DNA from: Bradymonadales bacterium
GTDB lineage: Bacteria > Bdellovibrionota > UBA2394
Direction of reading: 5' to 3'
Length of the DNA stretch: 64,000 nt
Assembly: GCA_007693605.1 (NCBI GenBank)
Contig: REDG01000055.1
Span: 14,353 to 78,352 of the forward strand
The translations under genes were made by a program, and so were the position numbers. Positions within the stretch are counted from its first letter, which is position 1. Every line of letters starts with the position of its first letter. A model generated the notes under the pieces. That model did not search any database. It was not told the origin of the DNA and saw only the letters and a program-made list of their open reading frames with translations. Below are positions 8,262 through 17,855 of the stretch, piece after piece.

Positions 8262-9751
8262 CGGAAAATGGGTGTCGGAAAATTCTAGTTGTCGATGATG
8301 AGGTTGGCATTAGAAGAGGCCTGTCGACTTCTCTTCAAGCTTTAGGTTACGAGGTCGTTGAGGCACCGTCCGGAGAAGAGGCGGTTTATCAAATCTCCAA
8401 TCAGCCCGATATTCAGTGCATTCTCACCGATTACAAAATGCCAGGTCTAGACGGATTTGATGTGCTCAAAGAGGCGAAAAAACTTCATCCAGAGACTCCC
8501 GTCATTATGATGACGGGTCACGCTAACATTCATCATGCGGTGAGCGCGATTCAGTCTGGGGCTATTGATTATCTTTGCAAGCCATTTGGCATGGAAGATC
8601 TCGAGAGACTTCTTGGGCGGAGTTTCAAGAATGAGTCAAAGAGAGAAAGTTCTGCAGATTTAGAAACAAGCGATCCTCAATTTTCACTCATTCTGCGAAG
8701 GGCCAAAAAGTTGGCAAAGAGTGAAGTGCCGATTCTTGTCGAAGGCGCCTCTGGAACTGGTAAGGAAGTTCTGGCACGGAAAATTCATGAGTGGTCACTC
8801 CGGTCTAGCGGGCCCTGGGTCGCGATCAATTGCGCCGCCCTTCCTTCGGGTCTTCTAGAAAGTGAACTCTTTGGGTATGAAAGGGGAGCCTTCACTGGAG
8901 CTGTCGAGCGCAAACTGGGGAGATTTGAGCAGGCTTCTGGGGGAACACTTCTGTTGGACGAGATCGGAGATCTGGATCTCAGCCTGCAAGCAAAATTACT
9001 TCGAGTGCTTCAAGAGTCTGAAGTGGATCGGTTGGGGGGTAAGCGACCGATCGCCGTTAATGTGAGAATCATTGCGACAACCAACCAAGACCTTGCGGAT
9101 CTTGTTCGACAGGGTCGATTTCGAGAGGATCTTTACTTTCGACTCTACGGGATGAGATTCAAGCTGCCCTCGCTAAAAGACCGACCGAATGATGTGGTCT
9201 CGCTTGCTGAAAAGTTTCTCGTCAGAGAAGCGAACAAACAGGGGCGGTCGCTTTCCTTTTCAAGTGAAGCGGTCGCCCAGTTAAAAAACTACCCTTGGCC
9301 CGGAAACATTCGCCAACTGGAGCGATGTGTCGAGAAAGCGGCAATATTGGCAGAGGGGAGAGTGGTCGTCGTCGAAGATCTTGAGCTCGATGACGGGGCT
9401 CTGGAGCTAGAGAGAAGGCCTAGCAGAGATCGGTTGTCACAAGAGGGGGCGCAGCCGAACACTCAATCGATAAAAGAAATGGAGCGAGAGGTTATCTTGG
9501 AGTCATTGCGGGCTCATCACGGCAATCGCACCCATACGGCGCGAGCTTTGGGAATGAGCCTACGAACCCTGAGGCACAAACTGAAGCAGTATCGAGAGCA
9601 CGGCTATCAGGTCGAGTTTAATCGGCAAATTTCAATCGGCAAGAACTCGCCACTCGACGCGTCTAACGCGCAGCTCGAAGCCTTTAGAGCGGATTCTTCG
9701 GTTGGTGAAGTTTTTGCATGCCCTGACAAGGGTAAGGGAGAGAATCACTGA
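8258..9751 (+). CDS. sigma54-dependent response regulator (NtrC family; FlgR/FleR-like)
   Basis: Receiver (ILVVDDE..DYKMPGLDG), AAA+ with GASGTGKE, GAFTGA, LLLDEIGDL, C-terminal Fis-type HTH (GNRTHTARALGMSLRTLRHKLKQY); ATGA overlap with the kinase stop. Confidence 0.9.
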   Translation: MTENGCRKILVVDDEVGIRRGLSTSLQALGYEVVEAPSGEEAVYQISNQPDIQCILTDYKMPGLDGFDVLKEAKKLHPETPVIMMTGHANIHHAVSAIQSGAIDYLCKPFGMEDLERLLGRSFKNESKRESSADLETSDPQFSLILRRAKKLAKSEVPILVEGASGTGKEVLARKIHEWSLRSSGPWVAINCAALPSGLLESELFGYERGAFTGAVERKLGRFEQASGGTLLLDEIGDLDLSLQAKLLRVLQESEVDRLGGKRPIAVNVRIIATTNQDLADLVRQGRFREDLYFRLYGMRFKLPSLKDRPNDVVSLAEKFLVREANKQGRSLSFSSEAVAQLKNYPWPGNIRQLERCVEKAAILAEGRVVVVEDLELDDGALELERRPSRDRLSQEGAQPNTQSIKEMEREVILESLRAHHGNRTHTARALGMSLRTLRHKLKQYREHGYQVEFNRQISIGKNSPLDASNAQLEAFRADSSVGEVFACPDKGKGENH

Positions 9752-10101
9752 TGAAAACAGATTTTACAGTCAGCGTTCTAGCAAAGGCCATGAATCTTCG
9801 TTTGCAAAAGCATTCGGCGATTGCGAGTAACCTCGCGAATGCCGACACGCCGGGTTTTCGACCCCGATCGGTGAGTTTTGAAGAGTCTCTTCAACAAGCG
9901 GTTGAGCGAAGAGACACCCGTCAGTTGGGCGGCCTTCAGGCTCGAATTGAAATTACCGATGATGGGGTTCCTCGTTTAGACGGCAACTCGGTGAGTGTCG
10001 ACAAGCAGATGGCAGAGATGACTGAGAACTCAACAGTTTACTCAGCAACTGCTGAGTTTCTTCGACGAAAACTTGGGATGATCAAGAGAGTAATTGAGTA
10101 A
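9751..10101 (+). CDS. flgB: flagellar basal-body rod protein FlgB
   Basis: IASNLANADTPGFRPR rod-protein motif; size and position ahead of flgC. Confidence 0.9.
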   Translation: MKTDFTVSVLAKAMNLRLQKHSAIASNLANADTPGFRPRSVSFEESLQQAVERRDTRQLGGLQARIEITDDGVPRLDGNSVSVDKQMAEMTENSTVYSATAEFLRRKLGMIKRVIE

Positions 10102-10113
10102 AAAGGGGAGCTT

Positions 10114-10554
10114 ATGGACCTTCTAACAGCCATTCGAATTTCAGCATCGGGATTGTCCGCTCAGCGGACACGCCTCAATGTCTTGTCTTCTAACTTGGCC
10201 AATGCCAACTCAACCAGAAGTGCCGACGGTGCCGGTCCTTATCGAAGAAAGGACCCCATCTTTCAAGAGAAGTCCGCCTCAGAGTTTGGATCCATTCTCG
10301 ATCGAGCGAGTCGACAGCTTTCTGGGGTTCAAGTGACTGAGATCAGAGAAGACACGCGGCCGGGTGAGCGAATCTTTGATCCTCATCATCCCGATGCAGA
10401 CGAAGAGGGCTATATCACGATGCCTAATGTGAATGTGGTCACGGAGTTAACGGATATTATGGCGACTTCGGGAACCTACGAAGCCAATACGACCGCGCTT
10501 CGAGTCGCCCGAGAAATGATTAATGCTGCCTTGTCAATTGGGAGGGATGGATAA
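10114..10554 (+). CDS. flgC: flagellar basal-body rod protein FlgC
   Basis: ISASGLSAQRTRLNVLSSNLANANSTR N-terminus and C-terminal YEANTTALRVAREM. Confidence 0.9.
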   Translation: MDLLTAIRISASGLSAQRTRLNVLSSNLANANSTRSADGAGPYRRKDPIFQEKSASEFGSILDRASRQLSGVQVTEIREDTRPGERIFDPHHPDADEEGYITMPNVNVVTELTDIMATSGTYEANTTALRVAREMINAALSIGRDG

Positions 10555-10868
10555 TGAAGATCACAGGAATGCCGCCACTCACTGGGGTCAGGCTTTCTCC
10601 GGATTTAGAGAAAGCCATTCGGTCCCCTAAGGCCTCGTCCTCTTCAGAGGAGTCTTTTGGCGATATGCTCAAAGAGAAGATTAGTCAGGTGGACGAAGCA
10701 CAGAAGGCGGCTGATGTCGCTGCGAAGGACTTTGCGACCGGAAAGTCTAGAAACCTTCATGAGGCGATTCTTGCGATGGAAATGGCAGACACCTCTCTTC
10801 GTATGGCGGTGACGGTTCGAAACAAAGTGATTGAGGCCTATCAGGAAATCATGAGGCTACCGGTATAA
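10554..10868 (+). CDS. fliE: flagellar hook-basal body protein FliE
   Basis: 104 aa; FGDMLKEKISQVDEAQ..LHEAILAMEMADTSLRMAVTVRNKVIEAYQEIMRL typical of FliE. Confidence 0.85.
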   Translation: MKITGMPPLTGVRLSPDLEKAIRSPKASSSSEESFGDMLKEKISQVDEAQKAADVAAKDFATGKSRNLHEAILAMEMADTSLRMAVTVRNKVIEAYQEIMRLPV

Positions 10869-10882
10869 TTTGGGGGTGATGC

Positions 10883-12619
10883 TTGGAGTTTATTCTTAAT
10901 TTTTCGAGTTGGTTCAAGACTCTTCCGGCAAGCGGAAAGATCTCGTTGTTTCTTGTCGTGATTGGGGCGATCACCGCGGGAATACTCCTGCAAACCCATG
11001 TACGACACTCTGGTTACCAATACCTCTATACCAACTTAAGTTTGTCCGATTCCAATATGATCGCTGAGCGACTTCAGTCGATGAATGTTCAGGCTCAACT
11101 TCGAGGAGACTCGATTCTTGTGCCTGGCAACCGAGTCTTAGAGTTAAGAAATATGCTGGCCTCTGAAGGTCTTCCAAAGGGTGGTGGAACTGGGTTCGAG
11201 ATATTTGACGAGAGTCGATTCGGGGCGACGGAGTTTGAACAGCGAGTCAACTATATGCGCGCGATTCAGGGGGAGCTTGCGCGAACGATCTCAGCAATTG
11301 ATGGGGTTGACTCTGCCAGAGTTCATGTGGTCATTCCAGAGCGAACTTTGTTTCGCGACGAGAGTGAGCAGCCCCGAGCCTCCGTCGCTCTCACTTTGCA
11401 TCGAGGTCGACGACTCTCCTCTAGTCAGGTCAGTGGAATCGTCCATCTTCTTTTGACCTCAGTCCAAGGGCTGACTGAGGCAAATCTCAATGTGATTGAT
11501 CAAAATGGGAATACGCTGTTTAAAGGCTCAGGCTCCGACTCTGCTGGACTCTCTGCCAGACATCTTGAAATGAGAAGAAGTCTTGAATCCAATTTAGAGA
11601 GTCGAGTGGTGAGCATGCTGGAGCGAGTCGTTGGTACGGGTCGAGTTTCAGTCAGCGTCTCTGCCGATATGAACTTTTCTCAAGTGGAAAGGACCATCGA
11701 GTCGATTGATCCTGAGAGCCGAGTCGCCATCTCTGAACAGAGCGTGCAAGATCAGAGCAGCGGAAGTTCTGGTGGTGCCGGCGGTGCGCCAGGAGCCGCA
11801 ACAAATCTGCCCGGAGGCGCTGGAGCCGAAGGGGGTGCTGGGCGTTCTGAGACTTCAAGAAGAACAGAAACAAGTGCGACCTATGCGGTGTCGAAAACCA
11901 TTCAGAGAATTTTAGAACCCGTCGGAAATGTCAATCGACTCTCAGTGGCCGTACTAGTCGACGGAAGATACGAAGAAGTTGAAGGGGCCGATGGGGAGAT
12001 CCAAGTCAATTTTCAGCCCCGAGGGGAAGAGGAAGTTGCGAGAATTGAAGAACTGGTCAGAAGAGCCATTGGCTTTGATGCCACTCGGGGCGATGAAGTG
12101 AAGGTGGATAGCCTTCAGTTTGATCGAGTCGATACTTCTGCCGATCTCACTCCAGAATTTGTTTCCGCGATCAACAGTAATCGTATGATGGTCTTCATTA
12201 TGGATAATGCCGTGACCGCAGCACTCGTCTTGATTTTCGGAATCATCTTTCTGTTGTTAGTCAGAATGGTCAACTCCTATGCTCCGCCGATGGAGGTGGC
12301 CTATGCCAACATCATAGGAGAGAGCGCGGGCTCCGTGGCTAAGGCTCTGCCAAGTGGTGCGAATGTGAATATTGTGAAGAGAGACGACGAGGCGGCGAAG
12401 CAAAAGGCTGAAGAAATCTCGTCGAATCCAGAGATTAGCGCGGCTAGAGAGCCTGAGATTGAATTTGTTGAGACAAAACGGCCGATTCGAGTAGAGGCGC
12501 CAACAACTTCTGAAGAGAAGTTGAGATTCCAAGCGGCGAAAATGCAGGCCGAACAGATCATCAACACCAATGTCGATGAGGCTCTTCGGGTGATGAGATC
12601 ATGGATGCAGGAAGACTAA
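10883..12619 (+). CDS. fliF: flagellar MS-ring protein FliF
   Basis: 578 aa; TTG start after GGGGGTGA; N-terminal TM, YLYTNLSLSDSNMIAERLQ, RAIQGELARTI, C-terminal TM. Confidence 0.9.
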   Translation: MEFILNFSSWFKTLPASGKISLFLVVIGAITAGILLQTHVRHSGYQYLYTNLSLSDSNMIAERLQSMNVQAQLRGDSILVPGNRVLELRNMLASEGLPKGGGTGFEIFDESRFGATEFEQRVNYMRAIQGELARTISAIDGVDSARVHVVIPERTLFRDESEQPRASVALTLHRGRRLSSSQVSGIVHLLLTSVQGLTEANLNVIDQNGNTLFKGSGSDSAGLSARHLEMRRSLESNLESRVVSMLERVVGTGRVSVSVSADMNFSQVERTIESIDPESRVAISEQSVQDQSSGSSGGAGGAPGAATNLPGGAGAEGGAGRSETSRRTETSATYAVSKTIQRILEPVGNVNRLSVAVLVDGRYEEVEGADGEIQVNFQPRGEEEVARIEELVRRAIGFDATRGDEVKVDSLQFDRVDTSADLTPEFVSAINSNRMMVFIMDNAVTAALVLIFGIIFLLLVRMVNSYAPPMEVAYANIIGESAGSVAKALPSGANVNIVKRDDEAAKQKAEEISSNPEISAAREPEIEFVETKRPIRVEAPTTSEEKLRFQAAKMQAEQIINTNVDEALRVMRSWMQED

Positions 12620-12634
12620 AGGGGAGTAGAGAGC

Positions 12635-13684
12635 ATGGCTGAAGCGACGAAACAAGAAAGTTCAAACGCCCAAAAAGCAATTGCAGTTCAGCGAACTCGA
12701 TTAAGAGGGAGCCAAAAGGTAGCCGCCTTGCTGTTGGCGGTCGATAAGACCGTGTCGAAAGCAGTTTTTTCCAGAATGGAAGATTTCGAGGTGAAGAAAG
12801 TGACGGATGCCATGTTTGATCTGGGTTCTCTTCATCAGGATGTGACAACGAACATCCTCTCTGATTTCGTTCGAAATGTGGCGGCTGGCGGCTCGATGTC
12901 GGCTTCTGCTGAGGATATTAAGTCGCTTCTCGCAGAGTCTCTTGATGAGCGAAGAGCAAAAGAAATCATGGAGAGCATGACTAGCTTCAAGGACAACACC
13001 TTGAAGAATCTGGGGACCTACGATCCAAAGACGCTCGCAAACTTTCTGAGTAATGAGCACCCCCAAACCATTGCGGTTCTTCTCTGTCATATGGGCTCTG
13101 AAAAAGTGGGAGAAGTGATTAAGCTTTTGCCACAAAGGGTTCAGTCCGAAGTCGTGACTCGGATTGCTTTTCTTGAGGAGATTACTCCCGAGGCGCTAGG
13201 AGATATTGAAGAAGCGGTCAAAGAAGCCCTTAAAGGAATGGGATCAGCGACAAAGCACAAAATGGGGGGCGTCGAGTATGTCGCAGACGCACTCAATAGA
13301 TTGGATAAGAGAACGACCAACGGAATTTTGGAGACTATCTCTTCGGATAACGCTGAGCTGGCCGAACAGATCAAGCAAAATATGTTCGTTTTTGAAGACT
13401 TGATCTCTGTAGACGACAGGGGAATTCAAGAGATTCTTAAGAGCGTGGATCAAAGTGAACTGTCCCTAGCTCTCAAGGTTTGTACCGATGAAATGAAAGA
13501 GAAGATCTTCTCAAATATGTCTGAGAGAGCCGCGAAGATACTTCGTGAAGATCTCGAGGTGATGGGCCCCGTGAAGGTTTCTGATGTCGAAAAAGCGCAG
13601 AACAATATCTTAAAAATTGTCGACCGACTCGTTTCAGAGGGAAAAGTTGTTATTTCCGGGGATGGAGAAGAAGCCGTTGTCTAG
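12635..13684 (+). CDS. fliG: flagellar motor switch protein FliG
   Basis: KVAALLLAVDK, EHPQTIAVLLCHM, MFVFEDL, ILREDLEVMGPVKVSDVEKAQ signatures. Confidence 0.92.
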   Translation: MAEATKQESSNAQKAIAVQRTRLRGSQKVAALLLAVDKTVSKAVFSRMEDFEVKKVTDAMFDLGSLHQDVTTNILSDFVRNVAAGGSMSASAEDIKSLLAESLDERRAKEIMESMTSFKDNTLKNLGTYDPKTLANFLSNEHPQTIAVLLCHMGSEKVGEVIKLLPQRVQSEVVTRIAFLEEITPEALGDIEEAVKEALKGMGSATKHKMGGVEYVADALNRLDKRTTNGILETISSDNAELAEQIKQNMFVFEDLISVDDRGIQEILKSVDQSELSLALKVCTDEMKEKIFSNMSERAAKILREDLEVMGPVKVSDVEKAQNNILKIVDRLVSEGKVVISGDGEEAVV

Positions 13685-14354
13685 AATTGTACGAGGCAGT
13701 TCAGAAGATCTTCAGTCGATTCGGACTGAACCCAAGAGGGCAGAGGCCCAGAGCTATGGGACTCGCGAGTTTCGTCGTCATATCTCTAAGGAGTTGCTGA
13801 CTCTGTCCGAAGCGCAGGCGATGGTTGAAAAAGCGGTTACAGAGGCGAAACGGCAGGGTCAAAAAGAGACAGAGGCAAAACTAAAGCAAAGTGTTCAAGA
13901 GGCTTTGAGTAAAATCGAAGTCTTGGTGTCTGAGCTATCTCAATATCGAGAAGAGATTCTAAAAGAGGCAGAGGCAGATGTTTTGGACCTTTTGGGTCGA
14001 ATCTCAAAAAAGGTTTTGGGGGCAGAACTAGAGATGAAGCCCGAGATCTTAAAGAAAATCGTAGAAGACGCGCTTCGGTTTCTCGCCAAAGAGAAGAAAC
14101 TTAGAATTGGCGTCAATCCCAAAGATCTAACTCTCTTCAAGACGCTTAGCACTGAGAGCCTCTTTGAGGCCAAAGAGAGACCAGATCTTGAAGTGAAAAC
14201 CGAGCCGGAGCTTTCTCCCGGACAGTTTTCGGTTGGAAGTGAGCGAGTCGAACTTGAGGTGAGCATCGATAAGATGGTGGATGAGGTTCTTAAACCACTG
14301 ATCGCAAGTCTGAACTCCGCGAAAGAAACCGGAGATGAGGGGGACAAAGTCTAA
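13662..14354 (+). CDS. fliH: flagellar assembly protein FliH
   Basis: Charged coiled-coil N-half and conserved position between fliG and fliI; start set to in-frame ATG 13662. Confidence 0.65.
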   Translation: MEKKPLSRIVRGSSEDLQSIRTEPKRAEAQSYGTREFRRHISKELLTLSEAQAMVEKAVTEAKRQGQKETEAKLKQSVQEALSKIEVLVSELSQYREEILKEAEADVLDLLGRISKKVLGAELEMKPEILKKIVEDALRFLAKEKKLRIGVNPKDLTLFKTLSTESLFEAKERPDLEVKTEPELSPGQFSVGSERVELEVSIDKMVDEVLKPLIASLNSAKETGDEGDKV

Positions 14355-15709
14355 TGTCAGATCTTCATCTCAATCGCTTTGGCCCTATCGTGGATCTCGC
14401 CGATCCTTACCCTAAGCTGGGATTCGTGACCGATGTCGTCGGTCTTGTGATTGAGGCTTACTGTCCCTCTGCTCAGGTTGGAAGCGTCTTTCAAATTGAG
14501 ACAGAAAATAGAAGTTCTTGGATTGAAGCAGAAGTCGTGGGCTTTCGTCTCGACAAGACTCTTCTCATGCCTCTAGACGAGATGAAGGGTCTACGGCGGG
14601 GAGCCAAACTTCGGCAGTTGAGAAAGGCCGCCACTCTTCGAGTGGGTCCAGAGCTCATGGGAAGGGTCTTGGACGGTCGTGGCCGACCTCTCGACGGAAA
14701 GCCAGACGCGCAGTGTGAAGAGGAGTTTTATTTATACTCCAGTCCAATCAATCCCCTTCGAAGGTCAAGAATCCAAGAACCCTTAGATCTTGGCATTCGG
14801 GCGATCAATTCGATGATTAGTGTGGGCAAGGGAATGCGTCTTGGAATCATGGCAGGCTCTGGCGTCGGAAAGAGTGTTCTCTTGGGAATGATGGCCAAGT
14901 CCTCCTCTGCCCATGTCAATGTGATTGGGATGGTCGGCGAGCGGGGAAGAGAGTTAAGAGAGTTTGTTGAAGAGGTGCTCGGCGAAGAGGGAATGGCGAG
15001 AAGTATTGTAGTTTGTGCGACCAGTGATATGCCCGCGCTCGTTCGAATGCGTGCAGCCTTCGTCGCAACGACCATTGCAGAGTATTTTCGATCTACAGGC
15101 AAAGATGTTCTTCTGATGATGGACTCGGTCTCTCGATTTGCGATGGCTCAAAGAGAGGTGGGACTATCGACTGGAGAGCCGCCGACCACCAAAGGCTATC
15201 CCCCTTCTGTTTTCAGCACCCTTCCCCGAATCTTTGAAAGAGTGGGCGGATTGCAGTCTGGGGGTTCGATCACCGGAATCTACACCGTGTTGACAGAAGG
15301 TGATGAAGTCAACGATGTGATCGGAGACGCGGTTCGTTCAATCGTGGACGGTCATTTGATCCTTTCAAGAAAGCTGGCGGCTAGGGGTCACTTTCCTGCG
15401 ATTGATGTATCTAACTCAACGAGTCGAGTGATGCCCTCAATCACAACTCAAGAGCATCTAGGGTATTCCGCAAGAATTCGAAAGATTATTGCGAGTTACG
15501 CAGAGGCCGAGGATCTGATCAATATCGGTGCCTATGTAAAAGGCAGCAACCCACAAATTGATGAGGCCATTCGTTATATTGGGCCCATCAGAAAGTTTTT
15601 AACGCAAGCGATGGACGAGAGGGCGAGTTTTGAACAATCCCGCTTAGAGATGCAGCGGATCTTTGCAGAAAAGAGTGGCGCGGCTCAGAAAAGTGAGGCG
15701 ACCGGATGA
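14354..15709 (+). CDS. fliI: flagellum-specific ATPase FliI
   Basis: Walker A GSGVGKS, Walker B VLLMMDSVSRFA, GSITGIYTVLTEGDE. Confidence 0.95.
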   Translation: MSDLHLNRFGPIVDLADPYPKLGFVTDVVGLVIEAYCPSAQVGSVFQIETENRSSWIEAEVVGFRLDKTLLMPLDEMKGLRRGAKLRQLRKAATLRVGPELMGRVLDGRGRPLDGKPDAQCEEEFYLYSSPINPLRRSRIQEPLDLGIRAINSMISVGKGMRLGIMAGSGVGKSVLLGMMAKSSSAHVNVIGMVGERGRELREFVEEVLGEEGMARSIVVCATSDMPALVRMRAAFVATTIAEYFRSTGKDVLLMMDSVSRFAMAQREVGLSTGEPPTTKGYPPSVFSTLPRIFERVGGLQSGGSITGIYTVLTEGDEVNDVIGDAVRSIVDGHLILSRKLAARGHFPAIDVSNSTSRVMPSITTQEHLGYSARIRKIIASYAEAEDLINIGAYVKGSNPQIDEAIRYIGPIRKFLTQAMDERASFEQSRLEMQRIFAEKSGAAQKSEATG

Positions 15710-16161
15710 AGCCCTTTCGATTTAGATTTGAAAGCGTGGACCGAGTGAGGAAGATCGCTCTCGATGAACAAAGAAGAGCCTTCTATCGAGCTCAATCGAA
15801 GGTTCAAGAGCTTGTTGATGAAAAGAACCGCCTTCTTCAGATTTTAGAGGGAGAGGTCAAGAGACAGCGAGAGGTGGTTCGGGTGGATGACCTTCCGGAG
15901 TTGTCTAGAAACTTTAAGAAACAGCTCAGATTGAAGATTGATGAGCAAGACGCCAAGATCCTAACCGCCAAACAGGCAGTCTATGAGCAAAGGAAGGTTT
16001 TGAACCAGCGACTTAAGGATAAGCGGATCATGGAGATCTTAAGAGATAAAGAGAGGGAGAAGTACAATGAAGAGCGCGACAGTGCAGAGACAAGGGAGCT
16101 GGATGATGCGTCTGCTAGCATTTGGATTTTTCGTAGGCGTACCGAGCTTTCTTCTAGCTGA
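15706..16161 (+). CDS. fliJ: flagellar export chaperone FliJ
   Basis: 151-aa all-coiled-coil protein directly after fliI with ATGA overlap. Confidence 0.7.
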   Translation: MKPFRFRFESVDRVRKIALDEQRRAFYRAQSKVQELVDEKNRLLQILEGEVKRQREVVRVDDLPELSRNFKKQLRLKIDEQDAKILTAKQAVYEQRKVLNQRLKDKRIMEILRDKEREKYNEERDSAETRELDDASASIWIFRRRTELSSS

Positions 16162-16627
16162 GGAGTCAGAGAACCGGTCCGGACGACTTTTTCCGGATAA
16201 AGAGTTCTATTCTCGAGAAGAAGTGGCCGCTCTACAGACTGTTCTAGAGCAGCGGTCAAATCTTCTCGAGCAGGATATTGAGACGCAGAAGGAGTATGTC
16301 GAGTCGTTGAAGCGACAAGTCAGAGAGCACCTAGAGAAAATTCAAGTCGCTCGGAATGAGATCGCCGACTTTATGAATGCCAGAGATGAACAGGAAGAGG
16401 CAAAGCTTCGAAAACTCGCAAGATTCTATGAAGCGATGGAGCCCGAACAAGCCTCTCCTTTGCTTCAAAGAGTGCAAGATGACCTTGCCATTAAGATATT
16501 TGATCGTATGGATGCCCGAAAGGCCGGAGGAATATTAGCCCTTTATCCGGCGCCGAGGGCTGCAAAAATTACAGCGGCATTTCCTCGTTTGAGGCTGCAA
16601 GTGGAGAGGGTGGCCGGTGCAGACTAA
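16103..16627 (+). CDS. MotE / MgtE-N-like flagellar operon protein
   Basis: Signal/TM (MMRLLAFGFFVGVPSFLLA), coiled coil, then YEAMEPEQASPLLQRV..KIFDRMDARKAGGILALYPA resembling the MgtE_N-type domain seen after fliJ in many operons. Confidence 0.45.
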   Translation: MMRLLAFGFFVGVPSFLLAEESENRSGRLFPDKEFYSREEVAALQTVLEQRSNLLEQDIETQKEYVESLKRQVREHLEKIQVARNEIADFMNARDEQEEAKLRKLARFYEAMEPEQASPLLQRVQDDLAIKIFDRMDARKAGGILALYPAPRAAKITAAFPRLRLQVERVAGAD

Positions 16628-16641
16628 GAGGTTTAAAAAGT

Positions 16642-16666
16642 TTCTTTGGTGGTGGTCACCAAAGAA
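16642..16666 (+). other. intra-operon hairpin (10-bp stem)
   Basis: TTCTTTGGTG-gtggt-CACCAAAGAA between the MotE-like gene and fliK; no U-tract. Confidence 0.35.
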
Positions 16667-16689
16667 GAAACAATAGAAGGGAGGACAGT

Positions 16690-17847
16690 ATGCAGATATC
16701 CATGACAATGGATGGTCTGCTTTCCTCAAACCGGTTGGAGATGGACCGTCCAGGGGTTTCCAACCCAAATCTGAAGGAGAGCAACGAGAGCTTTCTGCAA
16801 GTCTTAGGTCGACTAGTGAATCCGCTAGCCGACTCTAAGCTTGCCGATCATCTCGGGTATGCCAATCCGCCAGATGAGATCTCAGAAGGCTCAGAGCTTG
16901 AGGCAAGGATGCTCGAACTGCTGGCTGCACTAGAAGAGGGGGGGCTTGAAAATCTTCAGGCCGCGCTTTCTTCTGGCGGGGATCTTTCTGATTCAGATTT
17001 GTTGGTGCTTCGTGAAAAACTTCAGGCCCAGTTGGGAAATTTCCCGCCAGGGATGAAGTCTTCAGCAGAGCATTTTCTTAAGGCGAAGCTGCAAGAATCA
17101 GTGAAGGGGGGGCAGGGTCTTCAGGCCTCGGGTCTCTCTACTGAAGAAGCAGAAACGGCCATTGAGAAGATGAACTTTTTTAGTAGAAACTGGAGAGGAG
17201 AGGATTCTTCTCGGTTGATGTCAAGAGAGATGAGGGCTGAAGCGAGGGCATTTGAGGAACTGCGGATGCCGCATGGCCCCTCTGGTAAGAGCAGTGTGGA
17301 TGAGTTTGCAAAACAGCTCATGATCCAAAAGGACTTGGGTGAGACCGCATGGCTCAAATCAGCAGGGAACTCGGTAGAGCGAGCGACTCCGTTTTCAAGA
17401 CCGCTCGGAGAGATGCAACAAAATCTCTTTGAAGATATGCGCGGACAGTTGACAAAGATGGTCAAGACTCAGTCGGGGGGTGATATGACATTGCAGCTCC
17501 GACCAGGAAATCTTGGGCGAGTCGAGGTTCGTGTTGTCGTTGAGGGGGATCTCGTAAGAGTGAACCTCGTTGCGGAACAGAAAGCGGGTGAGCAGGCTTT
17601 GAGGAGCCAGATCACAGAACTTCGAGCACAACTTCAAGGAATTGGTTTGAAGGTGGATGAACTTAACTTGCAGAATCTAAAGTCAAGTTCAGAGACTCAA
17701 GACCATCGAAGCGATCAATCTCAGGATGAGTTTGCACGCGAATTTGCTCGAAATCAGGAAGAAAAAACAAAAAACCAGAGGGCTTCTGAAGAAAATCAAA
17801 GCGAAGTGACAGAAACTTTGATTTTTGAAGAGCTTCTCGCAAGTTGA
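16690..17847 (+). CDS. fliK: flagellar hook-length control protein FliK
   Basis: Low-complexity N-part and C-terminal Flg_hook-type domain (LQLRPGNLGRVEVRVVVEGDLVRVNLVAEQ..ALRSQITELRAQL). Confidence 0.75.
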   Translation: MQISMTMDGLLSSNRLEMDRPGVSNPNLKESNESFLQVLGRLVNPLADSKLADHLGYANPPDEISEGSELEARMLELLAALEEGGLENLQAALSSGGDLSDSDLLVLREKLQAQLGNFPPGMKSSAEHFLKAKLQESVKGGQGLQASGLSTEEAETAIEKMNFFSRNWRGEDSSRLMSREMRAEARAFEELRMPHGPSGKSSVDEFAKQLMIQKDLGETAWLKSAGNSVERATPFSRPLGEMQQNLFEDMRGQLTKMVKTQSGGDMTLQLRPGNLGRVEVRVVVEGDLVRVNLVAEQKAGEQALRSQITELRAQLQGIGLKVDELNLQNLKSSSETQDHRSDQSQDEFAREFARNQEEKTKNQRASEENQSEVTETLIFEELLAS

Positions 17848-17855
17848 GGAAAAGC

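Noticed and set aside
12701-13135. 144-aa minus-strand ORF inside fliG, and similar antisense ORFs (e.g. 13940..14347, 14728..15102, 19177..19623, 26744..27112, 42622..43023, 57045..57518)
   Set aside because: Each lies wholly inside a strongly supported plus-strand gene, has no recognisable motif or RBS and has skewed composition (Ser/Arg/Leu-rich), which is typical of shadow ORFs.
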